This document shows, piece by piece, positions 49,901 through 63,500 of a stretch of DNA of 64,000 nt (the stretch's first letter is position 1; each line of letters opens with the position of its first letter). Location: assembly GCA_030141605.1 (NCBI GenBank), contig JAQGDQ010000215.1, positions 124,001 to 188,000 on the forward strand, read 5' to 3'. A model generated the notes under the pieces. That model was given only the letters and a program-made list of their open reading frames with translations. It did no database searches and was not told the origin of the DNA. The position numbers and the translations under genes were made by a program. The stretch is from Tubiluchus corallicola. Its lineage: Eukaryota; Animalia; Priapulida.

Positions 49901-52900
49901 ATTCTGTAGAAACAGTGCTTCCTGTATTTGAGTATGTGTTTGACTCTCCTGGTTCGTACATTATTACTGTCGTCATGTCTAATCAGCTTGCCAAGGAAAG
50001 TGCATTTCTAACCTTAAACATAGTTGAGAATACCACACGCAGTTTAGGCATTTCTGTCAGAAGTAAGTGTGGGGACATTTTTATTGTTCCAATAAAGGAA
50101 GAAGTCAGTATAAGTATCGTAAACTCTCCTAGCATTGTTACTGATTATACATGGGAAATATTAGAAGCTGATAACCATTTAATCAGTCTGGCTGGAGAGT
50201 CGGTGTCACATATTTTCTCTGCTGCCGGAAGCTGTATTGTGGCACTAACTGCAAAAAATCATTTGGGGACCACCAAGGCAGAGGTAAAAGTAAATGTGAC
50301 AGATGTATTGTTATATGGCTTTACTGTACTAGCTGATCCTGATTCTTCTGAAGTTGAGGAGACGGTGGTATTTGATACAGGAGTGATTATTCCTGGCCTA
50401 ATGTTTGAATGGAAGTTTGGAGACAATTCACTTTCAACAGTGGCTCCAGGTAAGACAACTCACGTGTTTCAATCATCAGGTGAATTTGCAGTGGAAGCTA
50501 ACTTGCTGTTCGGCAAGTGTCTCTCTTCCGCCTCAAAGCTCTACAAAGTTCGCGAGAAAAGTGCCGATATCCAAGCAATTTCAAATGCAGCTATAATCGT
50601 TCAACCTACCAATGTTTTTATTAATGACACGGTAACGTTATCTGTTTCCATGACAACGGGTAGTAGTGTTAATTACGAGTGGAAGATCGTGGCTGATGAT
50701 GGTACACTGGAAGTGCAGTCACGTTTACCTGTTGTTGTCACATCTTTCAAAACACCTGGAACTTACACTGTAGTGGTGAGATTGTCAAACAGAGTTAGTG
50801 AAGAAAACTTAAGTACGGTTCTTGTGATAAAGAAGCTGCTGTGCCAGAAAATTGTGTTACAGGGTAATAAAGTGCAACAGTCGTTTTTAAAATCCGAACC
50901 TGTTAAACTAGAGGTTAACGTGATCGCCAAGAGATGCGCTGACCATCATTTGCTGTACGATTGGGTAGTTACTCCTGATTCCTGTGCTGAGATTAATAAC
51001 CGTCTTCCACTAGCTCTGCCTCAGACAGTGAGAACAAATAGACCAAGGTTGATTATCCCTCCACGCTCACTAGAATTAGGGACTTACTGTGCTAAGTTTG
51101 TAGCAGTTTATGGAGATACGGAGGAGTCTGAGGAGTTCATGTATGTGGTCCACATTCTTACTTCACCTGTTGTGCCGATTATTGATGGCGGATCAAAGCG
51201 AACGGTGTCTGTCAGTGAAGACTTAGTTCTTGATGGTAGCAAATCATATGATCCTGATTTTGATGGACAGCTGGAAAATCTACAATTCAGCTGGAAATGT
51301 GAAGTTGAGAATGACTCAGTACAGTTGGTGAGTTATTCACTAATCTTATTCAATACCTTCAAGGCAAAGTTTACTATCCTGAGTACGCTCTTACAAAGCA
51401 CAACTCATAAAACCAGTAGATTTTGACTGCTGATTTGTACTGGAGAAAATAAATTGTTTGCAGCCATTTGATATGTATATCAGGTGGCGGAAAAGAATGC
51501 GCCAAAGTTTTGATCACGATATTAGAAGAAAAACGTAACAGAATGGCTTAAAAATTAGCTCACTGATGTTAAAGACATTTATGTATAAGCACCAAAAATT
51601 TCAGGTCATTTCCTTAAATTTTTTCAAAGATACAAAGTTTTAAATTAACAAGTCAAAAAATAAATTCCAGAAAAAAGTTTGTGTCACTGTTGTTAAAATA
51701 TACAGCAAGTGCTCCTTGTGTCCACCATTTTCAAAGCAAACTAGAAGAAGACGTTTCTTTCAAGAGCAGAACAAAGTTTCCCACTTCTTTATGGCATATC
51801 TGGTCCCTGTAGTCAATTTTTGCTTTTAGTTCCTTTACATCAAACGGTTCTCTGCAGCCGTCATACAGAATCTTTAAGAGAAACCTGGATACCGCAGTAC
51901 AGAAGATTAAGTCCCATTTTTTCTTGATAACAAATCTTTATTCGCACTTTATTTTCTCTGATGAAGACAATGATGTAAATTTGTTGATTTCTGTCATTGT
52001 TGTTTTGCTGCCATGTATTGAGTGATTGGCATAGCAATGTCTAGTTTTTTGCTGAATTAACTGCTGTGTTTATCTGTCTTGAGGGCACGTTTCTTCCATT
52101 TTAGAATTATGCCTGCCCAATGTCTACAATCCACGTAATGGGCATATGATGATAACGATGATGATGAACAATATATATGTCAGCTCAGCTGTTCTTAAGT
52201 TTTGATGATTAGCTGACGTTCTGGCATTTAAATTTTCAACTCTTAAAGTTTTTCGCCCATAACTCAAAAACTTCTGAACCTATAAGCTTGCGACCTTCGC
52301 AGCTAAAAGCCAGTATATTCTAATGTGATGCTATGAAATTTCAACTTTGTAGGACATTTGCTTCTAATATTATTACAGCCTAAACTTCGACACATTTGTT
52401 TCTGCACTACCTGATTTATTTATTGAGTTCAAATAAAATTATGATGACAGTCGTATTAAATTGTGACTGGACTTGTGAAATGCAACAAATACCATTTGGC
52501 TGTATTAATTATTGCTGACACGTAGACACAGTTTTCGCATAACCTAGAAACAAAAGGCCTACACACGTGCTTACCAGAACTTACCGTGTTTCATTACAGA
52601 TTTTTACATATGCAGTTTGTTAATGCTCTTAGCTGTATTTATAGGAACTCCAGGAAAGTTTATTTTGTATGAAAGATGAGCTGCTATCCAGTGAAAGTAT
52701 TTTGACAATTCCCTCCTCGAGTCTTGTAAATGACGCTACCTATAATTTCACATTGACAGTCACTAAATTGGGATATTCTTCTTTATCTACTTCACAACAG
52801 GTAATTGAGCTGATTTCACTTGTTGACTATCACATTATGACATGTATTCAGGAAGCCTTTGCAAGCTTTGTGATATTATCCAATTTTCATTCTGAGCTTG

Positions 52901-55900
52901 TTGGGTTTTTGCAACAGGTTTTAGATTTGCAGAAATTTCTTGTTTTATCAAAAATCTTTGCTGTTGAGTGAAATATTTTTTATTTGTCTTCATGAAATAA
53001 TGACACAGCGTCACTGCCCGAATTAATGTTTCACAGTAAATAGTTACCCGCTGTAATTGATATCATACTAGTAACATTTGCCACTGGTGATTATAATTTT
53101 GTATTTTCGAGTGTATGAATTATTTATGGACAAATCTATGTAGAAGTTTACTAAATTAAATCAGGCTAAGTGAGTAGAAGAATAGAAATGTAATTAAATG
53201 TTTGCCAGTACAAGAGGAAGTAAAAATGCCTATAAATCTAAAAAATCTTTATTTTTTAGGAGCTTTTGTCTCTCGGAGTTCATCAATTGCACAGAATGAC
53301 GCAATAATATACTATAATATGCAATATATACAATAATACAGGGTGTCTATGAAGTCTCTTTACAATTTTAAAAATTTATTACAAAGGCAGTTGACAATAT
53401 TAAATTTTGTTAACTAGATTTGTTCTAATGTAATCGGTGGTTGTCAACGTTTTTTTAACTCATTTAATGCACCTCTATATGGGCAGCATTAGTTGCATGA
53501 AGCACATCAAGACGGTACTTGATTTCTTGCCATGTTCGCTGTAACATAGCCTCATCAATGGTGGATCTCTTGCATACTTAGTTCTGTAGTTTTGCTGAGC
53601 CTGCATATACGATTTTGTCTCAATAAACCATGATACACACTGTGCTTTCTCTTGAGGGGTACCCATTTTTGGGGTTTCGGTTGACAATACCCTTCTACCA
53701 ACAGGAGACCAACATAAAACGCAAAATTTCAATGTAATCTCAAACTTAAATAAACACTGAATAAAACAAAACAAATCTGTTAAGATATCTTGTCAACTGC
53801 CTTTGTAATAAATTTTTAAAACTGTAAAGAGACTTTATAGACGCCCTGTATATGTTTCAGTAGCACTAAAGCTCCTGAAAAAATAAAGAAGTTTTGAGAT
53901 TTGTGGATAGGCGTTTTGACTTCTTCTTTTACGATTATGACCATGACAAGTCTGAGGAGAACACTCTCTTATTTTACTAGTACAATCTTGCTTTAAACTT
54001 TTTATGAGTTCTGGTCTTTTTTTTGATTTTGTGGTGGTAAAAATCTGTTTTGTTTTACAGGTTGTTGTCGTAGAAGGAGACGTTTTTTCTTTATCTATAG
54101 AGTGCATGTCGTGCATAATACCAGGCATTTTCTCCACCTCGCTTGCCACTCGGATATTCTGCTCTTGCGATGCTTGCTCAAATCAGTTGCCAACTTACCA
54201 GTGGAAGATTAAAGAACGAAGCGGTGCGTTTAACGTTATCGATGTAATCCTTCAGGATGCAAGTGTTGAGACTGGTCTCAATAAGCCAGCTTTAGTCATC
54301 AGTGCTGACGTATTAGAACCTGGAAAGGAATATGAATTCATATGTGTTGCAACGCAAGGTATGATTCACAGAGCTACTCAATGTAGTTGCTGTAAAGTCT
54401 TTTATGTGTTTTATGACTGTTTCTGAAAAGTATTTTCCAGCTTACAAAAAACTTAGTTTAATTATTTATCTGTTCTGCAATAGCGTACCGTAGTTAAAAT
54501 TAGTGGGGCAGCTGCTTCAGAAAATTTTTAGCCATTGTTTTAATACTGTGTAAAACAAAAAAACGTGTAATTTTAATGTAGTAATTTGTAATTGTAATTT
54601 TAAACAAAAAAAAACATGTGTAATTTTAATATTGTAATTTGTAATTGTAATTTTAAACAAAAAAATGTACGAAAGTTTATAAATAAACTTGATAAAATCC
54701 TAAATAAAAAAAGATTTTTTCCTTAAGAATAGCCTAAATTGCCGCAGTTGAAGCTTGATCCATTCTCAGTAAGCATATGACAACTGACAATAAACTGTGT
54801 GAGCAACAGTACTTTCGCTACCTAGCAACAGACGCTAGCAGTGTAGCTCACAGGGTGTTATCTCAGACATGGCCGCATGTGCGCAACAGCCAAATACCAC
54901 TATGCTGGGCAGTGAAGCAAACAGTACACCCTCACATGCTCTGGTTCCATACAAGTATAAAGAACGAACTAAAGAAAAAAGACTTGTTATATTGAATATT
55001 TTCAGTAATAATGAGGGAAAATAGGGGGGGGGGCACTGCAGTCTATACCATTTAATTGGACCTTAATTTGGTTTGTCATAGATAAATAATGCAAATAATA
55101 ACAATTTGTTTGAATTTTTAGGTGAATCCTCGGGTGTGGTCAGCTTGTTGCTACGGTCAAATCTTCCTCCCACTTTTGCTGCAGATTCAGGCTGCGTTGT
55201 TGAACCCACTTCTGGTGTTGCTACGGTAACAGAGTTTCAGTTTTCTTGTTCTGGGTTTTCTGATCCAGAAGGAGGTTCCCTTACTTATAAGGTAAATTGT
55301 TACTATATAGTAATAGTTCATTTTCACATAAAATGTGAGCTTTAGTCCTGTCTATTTGAGAAATGCTGAATTCCATAATTGTGAATTTAATGGCTATATA
55401 TTGGCTGGTTCATTTGTCGCAAATAGTTTAGTATTTGAAGTGAAACTAGCTTATATATAAATGCCTTAATAAATGTGCCTGGTGAATGTATTATATTAGA
55501 TTAAGTTGAACAACTGAATACATGCGGTTAATATAAGTTATTCAGAGTTCTGACTAAATGTTGGTTCATTATTTGTCAGACGTAAAGAACCCGAGCGGCT
55601 GCATTTTCGTGTTAATAAATTTGTTGTGCCCGAAGTTTGTTGAACTCGTCAGTTCTTGTTGCAATACTTTTTACACTCATACTTTCGTAGTGGCTGAACT
55701 TTGTATTTTACTATGTGTCTTTATTACGGAATATTTGCAGGTTTTCATGGCAACTAAAGCTGGCAACTATTTGACACTTTACAAAGGATCATTGAATACT
55801 GGCACGTTCTTACTTCCAAGTGGACATGAAAATGATGTTTACAAAGTCAGCATCGTAATCCATGTCTATGACAATCTTCAAGATTTTGTCTTGGGGTCAA

Positions 55901-58900
55901 ATAGGTAATATGTTATTAGCACAGCATGCTTGCAAAGTAGAAATTTTAATAATTGGTCATGTGCTGAGTGGACAAATTAAACAAAATTGAGTATCATTAT
56001 TTCACATAAGTGGAGTATTAGTTTAAAAAGTATGCCATCTCTATTAATGTAATGTAGTATTGTAATTTAGATACTTAGAATACATTTTTTTTGTATTTTA
56101 GCCACAGTATAGATGTTGTTGTAACACCACTTATTCTTCTTGCCGATGTGTCTGATGACGTAGATAGTGATTTGGAAGAAAGAATAGAGAACATACAGGA
56201 AACAGATAATTTAAACAGGCTGTTCAATCTAGCAAGTGTTGTGCTGCTACAGCTGAACGAGGTAAGTGATTATGCTGTCAGTAAAGTTTCTGAAAAGTTC
56301 ATTGTGTTAAAATGGCAGAATTAATGGCTTTTGAAATGCTTTAAGTTCAGGAGTGGAATTCTCAGAGTGCTTTTGTTTTGTTTTGAAATTTGCACTTTCC
56401 TGACTGCATTATCGAAGTATTGAATAATGTCATGTATGAAACCGACACTTAAAGTTTCTTTTTGTGTATTTGTGCTGATTTTGAGTGATACCTTTGTGAC
56501 GCTGTTATCTGTTATAATAGGGGAGAAGTTTAGACCATGATGCTGAAGAAAGACAGATCATTGGAGAAGCGGTGATTAAAGCAGCAGAAGCAAGTGAGAT
56601 CGGAGACATTGAGACTGTGGCAAACATATTTGATATGCTTACGGTAAAAATTTGATTGTGAAAAATATTTTTCAAATAACCAGCTAAACAACTCTTTCCT
56701 TTATATGTTAATTAGTGAACTATAGTGGATAATGACTGTATGCATTTATTTGACGTTTATAACTTAATTTTTAGAATGCGCCGTTGGAATTGCTTCAGAT
56801 GACCACCTTAAAAAGTGATGTTTTGCAGCAAGTAAAGTCGTTCGTTCGGATACTTCAGTCGACTGGCAGACAAGGACAAGACACTCTTGATGTAATCCAG
56901 CCTCTAGTCTCAACATTGAACAATTTGCGGCAAACAAACCAACTCCTTTTAAGCCCAGATCCAAGTGATTTGTTAGTGTCTGGAAAAACTTTATCAGTTG
57001 AAGATGTGGCTCAAACTCTCAGCATTGTTCGAGAAATAGAAAATGCAGTTATGACCGTGTTAATGACTAGATTACCAGATGAGTCACTTGAACTCAATTT
57101 TGTTGGCTTGGAGGTTGTCGCAACTCGTACGGCTCAAGCTGATCTTGGTGGTATTGCTAGTATGAACAATGCAATTGTAGAAGTTCCTCAAGATGTGTTT
57201 AGTAATGAACATTCTGATGTTGTTCAAATTGCTTACACTGTCGACAGTAATCCCTTTCCATGGGCAGCAGTGGATGATTTGAACGTTACTTCAAATGTCG
57301 TGTCATTGTCATTTCACGACTCGAGTGGTGCTCAAATACCAGTATTTGGTCTTTCTGTTGATAAGTATTTCAAAGTTTATATGGCCCACAATGTTGCACA
57401 TACTAAAATATTAGCTAACACTTTTATTAAGAAACAAGAGAAAGTGGAATTTCTTATACATCCGTCAAAGGACAGTAGTGTTAGTCCAGCCATGCATCTG
57501 TATATAGATTTTGAAAAACTAAACAGTAACCCCATTGATGAAAATGAGCAAACTAGAAAGAAGAGAGATACATTGAATGGAGTAGATACAGAATCTGATA
57601 ACACACATGTTGATGCAGTTGTGAAAGCTAAACGATCCGTAGAGGACTACTACCTTACAGTTGAACTACAAGAAGCTGTACTTTCTGGTCAAAGCATCAT
57701 TAGAAATATTACAGGAACTAGCAGTGGTGTAATAGATGATGTCGCTTCACCATTTTTCATTCAACAGGGGTAAGTTTATGCCAACTACATTTTTCATTGT
57801 ACAGCAAATCCTCGCTTAACGACTCCCCGTTTAGCGATGTTTCGTTTTAACGACGCTGAACATTTGGCACCTTTTTCTCAATTAGCGACCCATGATTTAT
57901 TTTAACGACGATTTTTCTACTTTGCTGACACAGCCATTTTTATTTTATCAACAACGTTTTTTACCTAATTTGAAGCATTAAAGCAGTACATATTGCATTA
58001 TTCTGTTCTAAGAACGCATTAGCAACCTAAACAGTGCAATTATTGTGATGTTTTTGCTTCCTGACTGACTACATACTACGTAATTGTAGCAGTTCTAGGC
58101 CTTTGTATCAAGCGAGATTTATTAATGCCAATTTGTACACCACCACATACCTGAGTTTAAACTTTATGCCAAGGAATTTTGTCTGCAACCTAGCCGTTGC
58201 TATAACAACCAGATTAGTACTACTTGAAATTGTTTCAAGGTCGCTTCATGTCGTCTTAGCTTTCACTGGGCAGTGTTTAACTGTTAACTGTCTATATATA
58301 TATGTGTGTGTTTCAATGTTAAAGAAAGAGATGCACCAGCAAGTCTAGCTAGACATTACAGAAAGATCGGTGGTTTCAAGCAAACAGAAAGACATCAATC
58401 AGTAGAAATATGAATGAAACCCACAATACGTTTAACTTAAATGATTTAAGCAGCATTGATTTTTGGTTCTGGATCGTATCTCTATTCTTTTACATTACTT
58501 TCTATGGAAGTCATGGTTGCGTTTAACGACGTTTCGCTTAAGGTCACGTTGTTCTGGAACCCATTGGCATCTTAAACGAGGACTTGCTGTTAATTAATAT
58601 TGCTTTGAAAAATCATTCTACTCTGTCTTAACTTTGTTTCTTTATTACTGTTTGGTGTTGTAATCTAGAAAAAGTGGAATGGAAACAAATTGGTGAACGT
58701 AAAAAAAATTGTGTTTAAGAGATGCATCCTTGTAGGTCTGTGCCATTTCAGCCTAAGTGTGAGTCTATCATCATTTTCACATTTTTAATTCATGTTATTT
58801 CAACAGATACTCGGAAAACTTCCCTTCATATAAAGTGCTTATTCATAACTCTGGTAACGAATTGGTGAATGTGACAGTGACTGCTGCGTATTCTCTGTGT

Positions 58901-60391
58901 CAGTATTACGATGAGGGCTCTGATTCATGGGACATTACAGGAAGTTTGGTAGGCTCTGAATCACTACCCACACAGACGGTTTGCTTTTACAGTCATCTGA
59001 CCTTACTGGGTGCTAGCATACTTGCTCCATTAAACCAAATTGACTTTCAAATCCTCACAGTAAGTATCGTCAGTTTTACGTTGACTAAATATTATTAGAA
59101 AAAATTGTTATGAATAATTAGCATTAGAGTGCCTGCAGTACGAGTACTTGATTGCAGGGCCTATTTCAAGGGGGGGGGGGAAGTGGGGATACTTCCCCGG
59201 GGCCTCGCACCAAGGTAACATTTTCTTTGCTTTTGCTTTATGTGAACATACTGCCTTCTCTCTCTCTCTCTTGCTGCACGTGCGCTGTTTACCAATATTG
59301 ACAAATATTAAGGACAGGTCTTGAGAATAAAGCAGTTTTTCTTTTAATTGTTCTTTCCTTTAACAACTGTATAACTCCATATTTTCTCTTCGAAAATGCT
59401 TCTCCGGCATTCTAGCAGTTCAAAAATTTTCTGGGTGCCAACCATGGTAGCGCCTGCCCCCAGTGTTTCGCCCCCTCCCCCTGATGGGGCGTCACACACC
59501 CCACTTCCCCGGGCCTTGCCTAGGCTGAAATAGGCCCTGCTTGATTGAATGTTTTCATTTCTGTATATGCAAATTGCCGAAATTTATTGCTGTTTTATTA
59601 CAAACATGTTTCTGAAATTGATGTTATTTTGTCATGATGCTGTGATCTACATTGTTTTCTGTTGCATTACAGAAGTTAGATGTGGCAGAAAACCCAGTTG
59701 CACTGATCACAATATGTGTTGCGGCATTCGTGTATCTGTGCACGCTTTACTGGGCCCGCAAACGTGACCTACGTCATTCGTGCCGAGTTAACGTTGTGCC
59801 ACTGTGCGGTCCTGATGGACCCTTCAAGTTTCATATCACAGTTGTAACTGGAGCTATTTGGGGAGCAGGTAAATATTATTTGAGTTAGATGTCGAATTAA
59901 AAAAATCTTTTTTAACTGAGCTAAAAACGGAGACTTGCACCAAAATTTCATTCTCATTTTGTTTTTATTTGCTTTTTAAAATTGCTAGTTAATACTATGT
60001 TGAGAATGAAGCTTATTGCTATCGGCTCATTTTTGATAATTGGATGGAATATTTTATTTTCATTAAGTTGTGGAGCGAAACATTTTGTGTAGAGTACAAG
60101 AAATAGATCATGTTAGGACCATGTGCAGGATATAATGCTTGCATTTAAGAACATTTTATATGCAAGACACTGCATTAATATCACAGTTCTAATTCTTCTA
60201 GGCACTTCTGCAAATGTAGGCATCAATCTGCTGGGCGAACGACAGAACAGTGACATACGCCATCTGCAACAAAAAGGGGCTTTCCAACGCAATGGAGTTG
60301 ATCAATTTTGTATTGCAACCCCTTTTACTCTTGGTTATATTAGAAAAATTCATGTGTGGCATGACAACACTGGGCTTTATCCAGACTGGTA

Positions 60392-60430
<39 letters not shown>

Positions 60431-60456
60431 AAGGAGGTGTCAAGGATATTGTGTGT

Positions 60457-60512
<56 letters not shown>

Positions 60513-63500
60513 GTGTGAGAAAGAGGAGGGATAGAGAGAAAGATAATGACGGAGGGATCAAGGGGATTGTGTGTGAGAGAAAGGAGGGATAGAGAGAGAG
60601 AAGAAAGGAAGAATGAAGGATGTTGTGTGGAAGAGAGAGGAGAGAGAGAGAGAAGGAAGAATCAAGGATGTTGTGTGTGAGAAAGAGGAGAGAGAAGGAA
60701 GAAGGAAGGAGGGATCATGCCAGTTGTGTGAGAGATAGTGAGTGGGTGAGTGATACATGTAATGTAAATCAACAATTTATTTGCATTTTTAACATGATTT
60801 GACATATGATTTTGCTTACAGGTTTCTGTCGCACATTATCATCCATGATGTACAAGCGAATCGCCGTTTTTACTTTATTGTCGATGCCTGGCTTAGTTTC
60901 TATTACGAAGATGGTCAACTGGAAAAAACTGTCCCAGTTTCAAGTAATTGAATCTAATTCTTATTAGCTCCAAAATTAATGTGTTCTGTCACTTTCGTGT
61001 ATTAAAGAAGAGCACTTGTGGACTGCATATTTTTAACCTTGAAATGCGCTTATATCTCGGTTTGCCGGACAAAAGAGGGGAGACGTCGGTCTGAATTTGC
61101 GATTGTCTGTAATTCCCGATACTAAGCTGATACTAGCACCGTGTATTAGACTCACGGTAATGTAAAATTAATTGCCTACGTGTCTCAAAAACGTCCAGCA
61201 CGGGCCGCTCCTGACATACAAGCTACACATGTGTCGTTGCACGCTGCTTGGTTGCACTGAATGTAATGATGTAAACAAAGTGACTGCTTTCCAAATAGCG
61301 GTCAGCTCGTGAAATAACTGTCCAGATTTTATCTGATTTTTCCGATATCCGTAAAAGCGAGGTCCGGCAAACCGAGATGTAAGTGTAATTGTTAAATGTC
61401 CTAGTTTAGAATTAGCATTTACAGTATTATTATAAAATGATTTTTACAATGTGGTTAATACTCATAATATATTAATATTTGTTAATAGTTTAGCTAAATC
61501 GGCAGTTATTGCTCACTCTGTGTCCACACTAAATACTTAATTACTCACCAGGTGTCTCTTCACTCAGCAAATTCAAACATGTTATTCACACTGAGATGGT
61601 GAGGAAGTTTTCAGACAGACATATTTGGGTGTCAGTTGTTGAGCATGCTGCGGGAAAGCATTTCACGTTCGTACAGCGTCTGACTTGCTGTGCCACACTT
61701 TTATACAGTTTTATTTGCGCGAATGCCATGTGGTATGGACTTATAAAAACCAAAGAGGTAAGCAATTTTCACTCGCTATTTTATCATAAATGAGTTAAAG
61801 CAGGGGCATAGCCAGGTTCTAAAGTTAGGGGGAGCAAGCACGTAAAAAAGGTGCCATAACACTCACCAAATCAATTTTTAACACATTGATTATACATTTT
61901 AATTTTGTGTTTAAAATCAAAACACAAGGAACATACAGTTTTAAAGGAAGTACATAATTTGTTTGTTTAAAATTAAAACACAATTAAGCTTTACAGTAAG
62001 CTCTTAAATTTCAAAACATAATAAAAACACGTGTGTTATTTATAGTTGCATTAATTTTAAACTTAAAATGAAAGCAAGATGAATCATTGTGAAAAATGTA
62101 TCATGAAAGAACTACAGCAATCTCTTTCATCTAGGCTTCATTCAAGCAATCTATAACTTTATTACAATTCACCTCAGTAGCTAACTCTTTTTCAATGAAG
62201 AGCAAAGCTAACCCAGACAATCTATCCTCGCCCATTGGACAGGTGGGACTTTACCTGTTTCAGTCGATTAAAGTATCATCCAAGAACTGTACAAATGACC
62301 TGCAAAAATTGTTGAAAACGTTCCAATTTTGAAAAAATGTGCTAGAGGGAGCAGTTGCTCCCTTTGCTCCGGCATTAGCTACGTGACTGAGTTAGAAGCA
62401 TATCAGCTAATTGTTACTATGCGCATTTTCGGAATATCTGATTAACCGCACTTTTTTCATACTAACGATTCCGTGTTCCATTTTCAAATAAGCATTTTTT
62501 ATTTCTGATTATCTTTTTCTGAAGGATGTTCTTGTTGTTTCTGCTCCATTTGCACTCAGCTGGGAGGAAGTGGCAGTTGGCATAGTAACGAGCATCACCG
62601 TTTTCCCGCTCAATTTTCTCATCATCCAGATCTTCAGATTGAGCAAACTTCGGGTAATGGCTGAGTTTTTTAAGCAAAATTGCTATTACGAAATTTTTTG
62701 CACTAAATTTCATGGTGATACAAAAATCTGGTACAAAGATCATACAGAATTTTATGGTGATACAAAAATCAGTGATACAAAAATCTGCAGTTATATTTTG
62801 TAAAATTTTGACTATTTTAGTTAGTATTCAGTTTAGATACTTTAATTAGTTTAATTAAGAAATAGATTCATAACTACTAGCTTCTCTAGATTAGCAGAAA
62901 CTGCAGTGATGGCAGCTTGAGATGTGAAGTTTTAGGTTGTTAAAATTTTTCAAGTATCGCTCATGTAATTTTATAAATGGCATTTGTTTTTTTTATGATT
63001 TCTTTATCATGTTTGGATCTCTTACATTTGGAAGTTAAATGTTCCTCCTTTCAGCAGCTTTTTAAACTCACACTGCTATGAATTTCGTGTTCGTCTTGAG
63101 TGGATAGTACATGGCAATCAAATATAGAAGCCACCCACCAATCAGCCTTCAGCCACCTCATACTGCAGCTGCAATAAAAGGGGGCTTCCTGAAAAAAAAA
63201 CAGAATAAACTTTTTCCTTTAAATTCATGATTTTGCCTTTGTAAGTGAACATTAATTTAGTTTTGTAAGTTCATATTTAACATATTAGGTATGTTTTTGA
63301 AAGCTTTAACATAGCAAAAATTCATTGAACTTGTTTTTAACCTATTTTTGCTAATTAGCACACCATGAAATTATAGTATATTTTGTTACCATCTTAATAT
63401 ATGCTTGTTTATACATGTAGCCAATCAAAAAGAAGTCGCCAGTGCCAGAACGTACATGCACTGCACAAAGTTTAGAAATAGATGCTTCGTGTGATGTCAA

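Noticed and set aside
48402-50596. Short antisense or alternative-frame ORFs within the giant PKD1 exon
   Set aside because: Shadow ORFs of 60-80 aa with no recognisable motifs.
58900-59002. GPS with only two of the four canonical cysteines
   Set aside because: As I recall, vertebrate PC1 shows the same pattern, so this supports orthology rather than novelty.
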